Assembly (NCBI GenBank): GCA_013239625.1
Contig: MU053304.1
Coordinates: forward strand, 124,001 to 188,000
Direction: 5' to 3'
Origin: Lama guanicoe
Taxonomy: Eukaryota
Length of the DNA stretch: 64,000 nt
Part shown: positions 1-11,610 of the stretch, in pieces
How the letters are laid out: every line of letters begins with the position of its first letter
Position numbering within the stretch: the first letter of the stretch is position 1
Made by a program: the position numbers and the translations under genes
Notes under the pieces: model-generated
What the model saw: only the letters and a program-made list of their open reading frames with translations
Told to the model about the DNA's origin: nothing
The model's database searches: none

Positions 1-629
1 ACCATACTTGGACCAAAAGGGTAACAAGTCCTGTCAGTTCCAAGAGTCAGTGAGCAGAGGAAGTGGTGGTTAGTAAGGAGGAAGTGGATGTCCAAATGGA
101 GAATATCCATGTGGTCCAGCTGTCTTCCCCATCTGGGAATCCTTCCTCTACTGCTAATCTTTGGTAATCTTTTTATTTGAGAGATCAGTTTCCTTTTTGA
201 TGGTGTCCTTGCAGTAAACGCTTTCAAGCAATTCTTGGCTCTCTGGTGGGTAGCCTGTAGGTCAGCATGGATCATATTTCAGAGTTAGGTAGTTCTTGGA
301 TGATGTGAGGAAAGTAGCTGTCTTAGACACCCTAAGTCCCATGGAAGGGAGCATTTTGTATTCTGTGTGGAAGACAATGACAGAGGTAAACTCTGCCATG
401 AGGAAATACGTAACTCACTCAAACGTCAAGCATTAATAGGAAGCATAACATCAAGTATATTTTGATTTACACCATTCATCTGGTCACTGATCTGAGAGAG
501 GGCAACAGAGGTATTTAAAATTTCCAAATGTACTGAATTTCTCTTAAGTTAAAAATGTTTCTGCACTTATTCTCACTTAACTGCATTGGGATCCAATAAC
601 ATGATCTGTATGATACCAATGACTTTTTG

Positions 630-1330
630 AAATAAGCTCAATGGTTTAATACAGAGTCAGTTTTATAAATGTTTTCTCTGTGCTTGAGAACAATGTGTAA
701 TCTGCATTTGTGGGTACTGTGTTTAGATGTGATTATTAGAGTAAGCTTGCTAACTGTGCTGTTCAAATTTTCTATATTTCACTGAATTTCTGGTCTTTTT
801 GAACTATCATTTCCAGGAAAACTATACTAAATTAACCCACTTTGATGATGAATTTATCCATTTCTCCTTGTATTTCTGACAACTGTTATTCTATGTACTT
901 TGAAGCTGTATTATTTGGTAATATATGTTTAGACATTATCTTCTCTGATGAATTGATCCCTGTAATCATAATTTAGACTCTTTTTACATTTAGTAATGTT
1001 TTTTCTATGCCTAGTCAGACATCAGTTAAAAAAAAATTAGCTTTCTTTTGCCTAGTACATTACCAGTATAGCTTTTCCTACCTTTTTACACTTAATATTT
1101 GTATCTTCATGTTTTAAGTGTGTGGTTATAAAAAGCATATAGCGATTTATTCAGTCTTTGCGTTTTAACTATAGAGTTAAATTTGGTGTGCTTATTAGTT
1201 TTTCTGGCATTTCAATATGTTCTTTTTATTTCTCTTGTCATGTTTTCTTTTAGATTGAGCTGTTTTTGTTTTTCTCATTCCATTTGCCTCTGTCTACTAA
1301 TTTGGAAGTAATTTACTGTATTTCTATTAC
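630..1330 (-). mobile_element. Old, degraded LINE-1 fragment (ORF2 endonuclease region)
   Basis: T-rich antisense-L1 texture, e.g. tgtgcttgagaacaatgtgtaatctgc and ctatgtactttgaagctgtattatttgg. Confidence 0.65.
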
Positions 1331-1424
1331 TATTTAAAAGATATTTGAAATGTTTATGGAACATTAAAACTATAATTATAATATGTGTGATATAAAATAT
1401 CAAATAATATAGGAACTAAATACT

Positions 1425-1712
1425 AAAAAGCATATGTTCATCTGTCAACAGGCATTTAGGTTGCTTCCATGTGTTGGCTACTATAATCAGTGCTGCTATG
1501 AACACCGGGGTGCACATATCTTTTTGAATTAGAGTTTTCATCTTTTCTGGATATAAGCCCAGGAGTGGGATTGCTGGGTCATATGGTAAGTCAATATTCA
1601 GTTTTTTTAAGGAACCTCTATACTGTTCTCCATAGTGACTGCACCAACTTACACACCTACCAGCAGTGTAGGAGGGTCCTTTTATCTCCACACCCTCTCC
1701 AGCATTTATTTG
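1425..1712 (-). mobile_element. LINE-1 ORF2 C-terminal fragment
   Basis: ORF 1416-1691 reads [15 protein letters not shown]...CTPVFIAAL...WKQPKC, the L1 ORF2 C-terminus. Confidence 0.9.
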
Positions 1713-2375
1713 TCTGGTGTTTCTTTGCAGAATAGAGGGAGCTTCTAGTGTTAGTTATAATAGATAATTCCCATTTTTTGGTTCAGAACTTGTACTCACA
1801 ATTATGTTCATATATTAAGTCATCTTATAACTTCCCCTTTTCTCCAAACAATTGTGAAGCTAATCTTTATGGGCTCAATTTTTAAAATTTTCTCCTTTTC
1901 TATATTATAAGCACTTAAAGCTATAAAAATCTCCAAGTGTTATTAGCTGCATCCTTGCACATTCCGTGACCTTTACGTATGCTTACTTTTACCAAAATTT
2001 ATCTTTGGCAAATTGTTAAGGCTTTGGTTGAGGATCAGTTCTTCCAGAAAGGATATGCTTATGATTCTGACTGGTTTCTAGAAACACTGTCCACTTGGTG
2101 CCACTTTAAACTAGATACTTTGGTGTGGAATTTTATGAACCATGCAGGTGGTATTAATCAGATCCTGACCAAACTGCCTGGGTCAGTAGGCATCAGAAGA
2201 TGCCACTGGGCTAGCTGCTATAGCGCACACATCTTTCTTTGGTTATCTGCTCTTGTTTTACTCCTGGCTTCTAAGGGCTGGCAAACTCTTTCTTGCCAGC
2301 TCAGCTATACATTTCCAAAAGATGTATCATATTAAAAAGTTTTATTGAAGAAGAATTTTTCAGGCTATCCATTCT

Positions 2376-2781
2376 ATAATATTACCAGAAATGTAAGCCC
2401 TATGCAAAATATTGTGTATATATACATTTGTGCATTTTTTCTGACTCTAAAGGGATTAAAACCACTACCATGCATTCTGCTTCAGCCTTATACAAACTAA
2501 AATAGCTAACTTTACCTGATGTTTTACAGATCTCCAGGCAAGAGGAAATTCTGCAGATAACCATTTAAAGTTGATTTCATAATATTACCGAAATGTAAGC
2601 CCTATGCAAAATATTGTGTATATATACATTTGTGCATTTTTTTCTGACTCTAAAGGGATTAAAACCACTACCATGCATTCTGCTTCAGCCTTATACAAAC
2701 TAAAATAGCTAACTTTACCTGATGTTTTACAGATCTCCAGGCAAGAGGAAATTCTGCAGATAACCATTTAAAGTTGATTTC
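2376..2781. repeat. Head-to-tail tandem duplication, 2 x 203 bp
   Basis: Copies 2376-2578 and 2579-2781 are identical except for two 1-bp indels (accagaa/accgaa; T6/T7). Confidence 0.95.
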
Positions 2782-4373
2782 CATTCTCAAATGTCACCTG
2801 ATTTCTACATTCTGGGACTACCTTGGCATTATCTCCATATACCAATCTAACTTTCAAACACTTCCAACACAGGGAAATTAAAAACAATCTTTTTGCACTT
2901 TCTAATGTCTCAACATGCCATTAATTAAGATCTATCTGCTACCCAAAGAATACCAGGACTTTTGTAATGCCAACTTTCTGTTTCTCCAAACAGATGAATG
3001 AGGATATTGCCACTGCAGATGTATTCGGATGTTAAAAAAGCCTTTTCTTAACTAGCAAGTCTATCTGCCAAAATAATTAAAGGAAAAAAATTCTGGCTTT
3101 TGCATCATAAACTGTTGATGTTGTAGTTGTTTTTTCATTAACATGTTAAGATTCAGTCAATTAATTTTATCAGAAAATTAGCACTCACTGAATTTGCAAA
3201 TGGCAAGGATACAGACAAGATGGAGATGGATAAAAATGACAAAGTAAAAGCAAGGAACAAGTTGCTGTGGAAGCCTGCAGGTGTGAAATGAGAAGAGCAG
3301 TGCAGGCTACGCAAGAGACTCACGCAAGAAAATAATGAGAAGAAGGGAGCCTCAGATACGCCAGTTCACAGAGCTGGAGGAGCAGATGTCATGAACATAA
3401 GATGCAATTCAGTGATCTTATTGTATCACTGAGACATGACGAGATGGACTGAAAGACTTGATTGTGACGAGGCAAAGGTACGCCCAATTCTAAAGAAATA
3501 GACTGGTTGTAGGAGGGTATGTGGAGTAAGTATATATGTCAGCATTCAAGCCCATAGGCAACCCGCAATCTTAAAGGTCGAAGTACAGTGGAAATAAAAA
3601 GGGCAAGAAACAGAAAAAGGAGTGAAACACTGAAAGTATGCAACAAGTTGCCTGGTCAAACTGACTAGACCAAGTGGTTTTTAAACTTGGGGTAACATGC
3701 ATGATACTTGGGTAATAGAGATTTCCAAGGAAAGCAATGGTTTCAGGAAATAAGCAAAAAAGGGAATCAAATCTAGAGCTTTATTGTTTATTGCTGCATT
3801 AGACACATGAAGAAAACATGCTGATAGGATGGAGACAGTTCATTAAGCCAGAAGGAAAGGAAAGCTCTGCAGAGGTTTCATCTTGATCTTGAACAGAATT
3901 CCAAAAAGCAGCCTAAGTGGAGGGCAAAGGGCAAGCAGAGGCTGGGAGGCAGGGTGCAGTGCAGAGGATATGTAGGGCCTGGTGTGGTCAGATGACATTA
4001 GGATGCGTGTGCATGTGCGTGTGCATGTGCACGTGTGTGTGTTTGGGCGGAAGTGGCACTGGGAGGTGGGGAAGGTGGGAGAGGAGGCTGGGGACTAATG
4101 TTATAGGGCTTGGATAAGAGAGCTCTGCTCAAAAATGTGAATCATTTTGTAGGTACAAGAAGATTTTCAAGCAGAGAAGTGACATGACCCAGTCTTTGTG
4201 TGCATATAATAGAAAAGATAACAAATTGGGCAGATGGCAGGGGACGTGGAATTATTGACAAGGTCACTGACAACAGAATAGGAAGAGGAATCAAATATGA
4301 TTCCAGAATTTCTTTTTTAAAAAATCTTTGGTTAACTAGGTGGCAGGTGATGCCTTTATAAAAGTAGGGGACA

Positions 4374-5299
4374 ACAAACGATAAATGCTGGAGAGGCTGT
4401 GGAGAAAAGGGAACCCTTCTACACTGCTGGTGGGAATGTACTTTGGTGCAGCCATTATGGAAAACAGTATGGAGATTCCTCAAAAGACTAAAAATAGACT
4501 TACCATATGATCCAGCAATTCCACTTCTGGGCATAAATCCAGAGGGAACTCTAATTTGAAAAGATAGAGGCACCTGAATGTTCATAGCAGCAATAGGTAT
4601 AATAGGCAAGACATGGAAACAACCTAAATGTCTGTCAACAGATGACTGGATAAAGAAGTAATGGTATATATACACAATGGAATATTACTCAGCTGTAAAA
4701 AATAATAAATGCCATTTGTAGCAACATAGATGGAGCTGGAGAATGTCATTCTAAGTGAAGTAAGCCAGAAAGAGAAAGAAAAATACTATATGGTATCACT
4801 TATATATGGAATCAAAAAAAAAAAGACAAAGGAACTTATTTACAAAACAGAAAGAGACTCACAGACATAGAAAACAAATTTATGGTTAGCAGGGGGGAAA
4901 AGGGATGGGAAGGGATAAATTGGGAGTTCGAGATTTGCAGATATTAACTACTACATATAAAACAGATAAACAACAAGTTTATGCTGTATAGCACAGGGAA
5001 CTATATTGAATATCTTGTAGTAACTTATGGTAAGGTCTCATTCAAATAACCAGAAAGGTTTAAAAGAAAAGAAATTCGAGATTTGCAGATATTAACTACT
5101 ACATATAAAACAGATAAACAACAAGTTTATGCTGTATAGCACAGGGAACTATATTGAATATCTTGTAGTAACTTATGGTGGAAAAGAATATGTAAACTAA
5201 TATATGTATGTTCCTTTATGACTGAAGCATTGTGCTGTTCATCAGAAATTGACACAACATTGTAAACTGATTGTACGTCAATAAAAATACATTAAAAAA
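4374..5299 (+). mobile_element. Young 5'-truncated LINE-1 (ORF2 end, 3'UTR, A tail)
   Basis: Typical L1 3' sequence ending in aataaa and an A tail. Probable TSD aaaagtaggggaca (4360-4373) / aaaagtacaggaca (5300-5313). Confidence 0.92.
4927..5179. repeat. Exact 105-bp direct repeat with a 43-bp spacer inside the L1 3'UTR
   Basis: 4927-5031 equals 5075-5179 (ttcgagatttgcag...aacttatggt); spacer is 5032-5074. Confidence 0.93.
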
Positions 5300-5899
5300 A
5301 AAAGTACAGGACAGAGAAGAAACAGATTCCGAGGGGAAGCAAGGTCTCAGAATCCTGGTCCTGGTGCCTGCCATGCTCTCCCTCTCAGCAAACACCCACA
5401 TTTAGCTCACTGTACCTTCTCTCCCACACCTAGGAGGCTAAAGATCATTGAAGAAAATCACCTGGTCTTGGTAGTTTCCCAGCTCAGTGCACCTGAACAG
5501 TGTTTGGTAAAGTCTTGTATGGTGGGTTCCTGGTCAGCTCCCTCCTGAGCCCTTTCACTATCCCCTCCCCCCAACCCCCTCCGCGTCTGCCCTCAGCAGG
5601 AGGTCTGCTTCCTCTCACAGTGAACATGGGTAGCATCAGGTGTGAACTCTCAGCAGCAGCGCCAATTCCCTGTGGTGCTTCTCTGTCACAAAGGGAGAGG
5701 TGTTTACCCTCCATGTCTTGGCCTCACTTTTCACTTAAACTCTGTATTCATTCCCACCTTCCTTATCAAGACCTTGCAAAATAATCAGCTCCTCTCATTC
5801 CTGTATTTTCAACTTTTCCTTCTGGAAAGTCTCTTATCTCAACACAGGAACATGTTAAAATCACTTCCACCTTAAAAACAAAGAAAAGGCCTCCTCTGA

Positions 5900-6490
5900 C
5901 CCTGCCTTCTGTGCCTCTCAGACCTCTCCCAGCCAAGCTTCTCACAGAGAGACACTCTACGCCAGTTTTCCACTCCCTTCTCCACCACCTGCAGTCTGGC
6001 TTCCCCTCCTCAAAGTCACAGATACTAGTTTCATTAAGGTCATCAATGATATCCTGGTTGCCAAACCCAAAGACTTTATAGTTCTCTTTTTCTTGACTTT
6101 CCTACACCCTTTATGACTTTCACCATTTAGCCTGCTCTGCCTGCTTCCTCTCCCCTCTGCTTTACCTCCAATCTCCCTGGCCACATCTTCTTGGTTATTC
6201 TGCCAGGGGTCCAGCCTGGGTTCTCCTCCCAGTCTGTGACTTCTCCTGGGCCATCTCTCCCACTGATGACTCCCAAATCTCCACCTCCAGCCCTGACTCC
6301 TTTTACTTGTCCCCCCTGGTATTTCTGCCTGGATGTCTCTCAGGGACCACAAACTCAACATGTGATTATGTGAACTCACCATCTTTCCCCTTAAAACCAG
6401 CTCCCCTCAATATTTCCTACTAAATGGCATTATGTTCCACCAAGTGCCCAAGCCAGAAATTTATATGTCATTCTAGATTCTTCTCATACT
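5900..6490 (+). mobile_element. LINE-2 fragment
   Basis: L2-type motifs aaggtcatcaatgatatcctggttgccaaacc, cctggatgtc...aaactcaacatg and caagccagaaa. Confidence 0.7.
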
Positions 6491-6504
6491 TCCAATATCG
6501 AAAG

Positions 6505-7110
6505 TTTACTCATTCATTTATTCATTCAACAAATACTTCCAAGTGTGTCAGCTATGTAACACAAAGTGCACTGAGCACTGAGGGTTCAACTGTGAACAAA
6601 CTGAAATCTTGCTCTCATAAAACTTACCATTCAGGGGGACAGACCCACATGAGCATCTTAAAGAAAAATCAAGAAGGGGAAGAAAATCAAGAGAGGGCAG
6701 GGGTAGAGAAGACTGTGGTGAGAGGGTGGTCAGGAAAGGACACCTTGAGATGACATTTGAATAGAACTTTAGAGTAGTGGGGGATCTGGGAGAAGGGGGA
6801 TCTGGACAGAGGGAACAGACAGTACACAGCGCTGAGGCAGGAGCAGCCTGGCACATCTGAGGACAGCACCGAGGCCAAGCTGGCTGGAGGAGAGCTGGGG
6901 AGAGAGGGATGCTAGGAAACAGGTTGGAGAGGCAGTCAGAGCAGTAGGCCACAGTGAGGACTTGGGTTTTTATCCCCAACCGGATGAGAAATCTTATAGG
7001 GAGTGAAGCAGGGGGATGACCTCATCAGATCTACATTTTATAAGGGCTTCCTTGGCTTCGATATGTGGGAAGAAAAGGGCTGACGTGAAAGAGCAATTAA
7101 GAGGCTCCTG
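6505..7110 (-). mobile_element. LINE-2 3' end
   Basis: Begins with cattcatttattcattcaacaaata (reverse complement of the L2 tail), followed by purine-rich L2 antisense sequence. Confidence 0.75.
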
Positions 7111-7379
7111 CAGCTTCCCAGACACCAAGCTCTGCCCTGATTTCCTGTCCTGGCTAGTGCCTCCCTTCAGTTCTGGCTCTGTAGCCTCTGCCAAGGGCAC
7201 TTGCCACCTCTTACTTAGACCATTTTAACACCACTGCTCTAATCCAGACTCCTCAAGGCTGCCATAGTGACCTCTCCAATCTGCAAGCTGGATCCTGACT
7301 CTCTTTGCTTACCACTACACTCATGATAAAACCCCCAATCTTGAAAGTCCCTTTTCTGTCTCACCCAGAGGCTCCTTCC

Positions 7380-7730
7380 ACTCCAGCACAGTTCAGCCAT
7401 GCTGACTTCTGGGTCCTTTCGGTGACAAAGTCTTTGTACCTCAGGGCCTCCACACACTCTGTTCCCTTAGCCTGAAATGTTCTTTCTCCCCACTCTTTGC
7501 CTGGCTTATCCATTTATTCTTCAAGTGTAGGTTTAAATACCACTGCTTGTGCCCCGATCCCACTGCCACTTCACAACTGTGGGCCATTCCCACACTTACC
7601 TGTTGAGAGTTACTTGATACTAAACTGGGAAAGACAGGAAGCTTCTTGAGTGTTTTCTTCTGTTGTTTATATAGCACAAGGAACAGTGTCTGGTCCCCAA
7701 ATCCTATTTTTTGAATGGATGGATGATGTT
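7380..7730 (+). mobile_element. LINE-2 3' end
   Basis: cagggcct...ctgttccc...gcctgaaatgttctt, ending in ttgaatggatggatg. Confidence 0.6.
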
Positions 7731-7959
7731 GCTCTCCAACTTACATGCTGCCTTCTCCACAAAATTTAAACTTTCTAGCAGGGCCAACAAAGGAATTCAT
7801 GATCTCCTCCCTGCTTTATCTACAACCACCACCCCACTTGAACCTCAAAATCCTGATATTCCAAGTTCTGTGAAGTTCCCTACAAAGATCAGGTATCTGT
7901 TATCCTGGGACTTTGTACACAGTCTTCTCTCTGCCTGGAAACCCCTTCTCCTCTTGAGT

Positions 7960-8800
7960 GCTTGTGAACACCAGCAGAGACTCATTGAGCGCTTATGCTG
8001 AGCCTCATACTGCAAGGTGGTGAAAGATGGGAAGGTAGGTAAGAAGATGAGTCAGTCAATGGCCCATCAGTGGGAGATGAGTGGTGAGGAAAAGGGTAAA
8101 GCGACAATGATGGAGAGCGGTAGGGAGGGCATGAAATTAGAGGCAGGAGGGCTAGGGAAGACCATCCTGAGAAAGCAACCAGTCAGATCTTGAATCAAAT
8201 CAGCCATGTGGCTCTCCAAGGAAGAAGCACTGCAGGCAAAGGGAACAGAGCACAGAGGCTGAAGAGGCCTGGAGCAGAAGTCCTGCAGACCCCCATGATG
8301 CAGGGGCAGAGAAAGCAGAGCTAAAGAAGGTAGCTAGAGAAAAGTGATCCAGAAAGTAGACTCATGTAGGGCCCCCCGAGTCCAAAAAGTAGACGAAAAG
8401 TCAAAACGCTGCATACATGTTTGGTGAACTGAGGCCAGGGACAATCTGTGGCACTGAATTTTCTGAGGCTATGCTGCAAAGGGAGTAAGAAATAAATGGG
8501 AAGCAAGAACGTAGCCACAGCAATTACAGATGACTCCTTCAAGATGTCTTGATAGACAAGGGAAAATGAAAGTTCCTGGGGCTGTAGAGGGTTGAGGAAG
8601 GTTTTGTAGGATGGAGACTGAAGTTTGTGAGAGGAGGAAACCAGGCCAGAGGGGAACACAAAGGAACTGGAGTAAGTGACTGGTGGGGCAAGAGCTTCCC
8701 AGAGGTGAGAACAGAGCCAGGAAGAGGGTTTGGCTGGTTGCTGGGATTTGCATGAAACTTTTGCTCATGAGCTCCAGGACTCCCTATTCTTTTCCTTCCC
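7960..8800 (-). mobile_element. LINE-2 fragments
   Basis: Purine-rich L2 antisense texture (cagccatgtgg...gcaggcaaagggaacag). Confidence 0.5.
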
Positions 8801-9144
8801 AGTAGCAGATCCAGAGCCTTCATCTCAGCTCTTTGCTCATTAGAAGCATCTTTCTGGTTCTCTGGTCTAAGCCTAGCACAAGGGGGCACAGCCTCTCCAG
8901 CTCCTACTTCTGCACTGCCTCCAAATGCAATCAGTCATGACAAGAACTCTCAGCAGGTGACAAATACCATACAGGGAAGTCACAGAGTTTAAGAATTCTA
9001 TGAAATTCTTAGGGGCTTCTCCTACTCTCTTGTACCTATTCCCTAAGTGAGAAGGGCTCCCAGGAACAGTGCTCCCTAGTCCATCCTCCTTGGGAAAGGG
9101 AAGGGGGCAAGCCAGAAAACAGAGGCAAACCAGCAGGAAGACTG

Positions 9145-9158
9145 GCGCCCTCTACAGC
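9145..9158 (-). promoter_or_regulatory. Candidate CTCF motif
   Basis: Minus strand GCTGTAGAGGGCGC matches CCASYAGRKGGCRS at 12/14; CpG retained. Motif match only. Confidence 0.45.
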
Positions 9159-9668
9159 AGAGTGGGTAGTGTGCATTCCTGAGCCCTCAGGCTGATGTCT
9201 ATTTATCTGAGCACTTTCTCATACCTGGACAGTAGGACAGATTTTTCTTTTTTTGAGTCAAATGGCTGCCCTCTGTGGGGATGAGAAATATAAGAAGGTG
9301 GCTGAGCACAGAAGTGTGCTCCTTGGGTGGGAATTTCATGGCTCAGAGATGCAAGCAGCAAGTAGGAGAGAGAGGCAAGAGTGAGTACCCAGCCCAGCAT
9401 TCCATCAAGACCTGATAAATTATGGTTAAGGTGTAAATTCCAATTTCTAGAAAGCCTTAAGGATGAATAGATTTATTTATTCTTATTCATTCATCCATTC
9501 AATCATTTCCTACCCCCCTAATGTTTTTATAGTATATTCACAATATACTATGAATATAACTATCAACTAGTAATTTCAGAACATTTTCATCACCCCTCAA
9601 AGAATTCTTAAACTTATTAGCAGTAATTCCCCACTCCCCCTTCTCTCTAGCCACAATCCTTTATTTTT

Positions 9669-10580
9669 TATTTCTTATTTTATTGAGTTATAGTCAGTTC
9701 ACAATGTCGTGTCAAATTCCAGTGTAAAGCACAATTTTTCACTTATACATGAACATACATATATTCATTGTTGCATTTTTTCACCATGAGCTACCACAAG
9801 ATCTTGAAATATTTCCCTGTGCTATACAGTATAATCTTGTTTATCTATTCTATATACACCTGTCAGTATCTACAAATTTCGAACTCCCAGTCTGTCCCTT
9901 CCCACCCCCATCCCCACTAGCATCTACAAGTTTGTATTCTATGTCTATGAGTCTGTTTCTATTTCGTATTTATGTTCATTTATCTTTTTCTTTTCTTTCT
10001 TTCTTTTTTTTTAGATTCCACATATGAGCAGTCTCATATGGTAGTTTTCTTTCTCTTTCTGGCTTACTTCACTTAGAATGACATTCTCCAGTAACATCCA
10101 TGTTGCTGCAAATGGTGTTACATTGTCAGTTTTTATGGCTGAATAGTTTTCCATTGTATAAATATATCACATTTCTTTATCCAGTCATCTGTTGATGGAC
10201 ATTTAGGCTGTTTCCATGTCTTGGCTATTGTAAATAGTGCTGCTATGAACATTGGGGTGCAGGTGTCATTTTGAAGTAGGGTTCCTTCTGGATATATGCC
10301 CAGGAGTGGGATGACTGGGTCATATGGTAAGGCTATTCCTACTCTTTTGAGGAATCTCCATACTGTTTTCCAGAGTGGCTGCACCAACCTGCATTCCCAC
10401 CAGCAGTGTAGGAGGGTTCCCTTTTCTCCACAGCCTCTCCAGCATTTGTCATTTGTGGACTTTTGAATGATGGCTATTCTGACTGGTGTGAGGTGATACC
10501 TCATTGTAGTTTTGATTTGCATTTCTCTGATAATTAGTGATATTGAGCATTTTTTCATGTGCCTGTTGATCATTCATATT
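9669..10580 (-). mobile_element. Young 5'-truncated LINE-1
   Basis: ORF 10133-10573 is the L1 ORF2 C-terminus ([28 protein letters not shown]...). Perfect 12-bp TSD tcctttattttt at 9657-9668 and 10581-10592, at a TT|AAAA endonuclease site. Confidence 0.95.
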
Positions 10581-10849
10581 TCCTTTATTTTTAAGGCTTG
10601 ATTAGGATAATCCTGCCACGTTCAAGGGCAGAGCACTCACTACAGAATAAAACATTAGAGAAACAAGATGCCAGAGAAGCAGTGCACATCAATTTCCTGT
10701 ACGATCTGTTGGGAGTCTGAATCAGCCTAAAGGTCCTGACTTGTCTGGCTAATAACTTCCTCTCTCAGAGACTAGAACAAACCAGTAACACATGTTTAAT
10801 TGAACTGAATAGGTGGCTATACTCTGGACTCAGTTCTGCCCAACAAAGA

Positions 10850-11610
10850 GGAACTGGCTGGGAGGGAGTCATCATGCCCTTGCAGCCAGGGAGGAGAAGT
10901 CCGGATACAGGCAGCCACGTACTGTCTCATAAAGGCAGAAGTAGCTCCATGACATGGGAAGTGGGCTCAAACTTCATACGCTACAGCTCATAGAAAAATA
11001 CACAGGAAGCTTAGCTGAGACGTTATGACTCAGACATACATGATAGCTGTTATCTACTATCTGAGGGGTTGTCACATGAGAGATAAGACTTGTTCTATAG
11101 AGTCCCAAAGGGCATAAATGGGACCAATGAGTGAAAAATTACAGGAAGACTGCAGTATTTCAGATCATTACAGGGAAGGATTTCCTAATTAGTCATGCAA
11201 TCTTAAGGCTGAATGGGCTGCCTGTAAGGTAGACAGTTATAATGCAATCTGGATATTACGTAAGTAGATGTTTCAGAGGTAATCTGAAAAACAGAGGCGA
11301 TGCGACAACTGTGGCATTCCCACACTTGAGTGGTGAGGTCAACTGTGAGGTGTGCTGCAAGTAATCTGTTATAGTAATAAAACAATGAAGTGTATGAATA
11401 ACTGTTTTTGGGTTCTGGGTTATCATTACAAGTCCCACCTTACTTGCATTATTAAATATTTTCTTGAGCTAAAGAGAAAAATTCCATGTTAAAGTTGGAA
11501 GGCTGGGTAATGCTCATGGGAATGTTCCACTCAAGTGTGTTTATAGGCTGTAAGAGGTGGAGAATTACCAGGCTAGATGACTGGTAGAATCTCTTCCAAA
11601 GTTGAGATTC
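10850..11610 (+). mobile_element. CR1/L3 3' region, interrupted
   Basis: Motifs gggaccaatgagtgaaaaattacagg, gaatgggctgcctgtaaggtag and the tail ctagatgac...cttccaaagttgagattc. Confidence 0.55.

Noticed and set aside
4142..4675. 177-aa minus-strand ORF
   Set aside because: It is the antisense reading of the L1 ORF2 3' end.
4927..5179. Repeat-spacer-repeat as a CRISPR-like array
   Set aside because: Only two 105-bp units of L1 sequence in a mammalian genome, with no cas genes.
5484..9400. Cluster of overlapping 60-143-aa ORFs
   Set aside because: They overlie L2 debris, have no recognisable domains, and are of the kind expected by chance.
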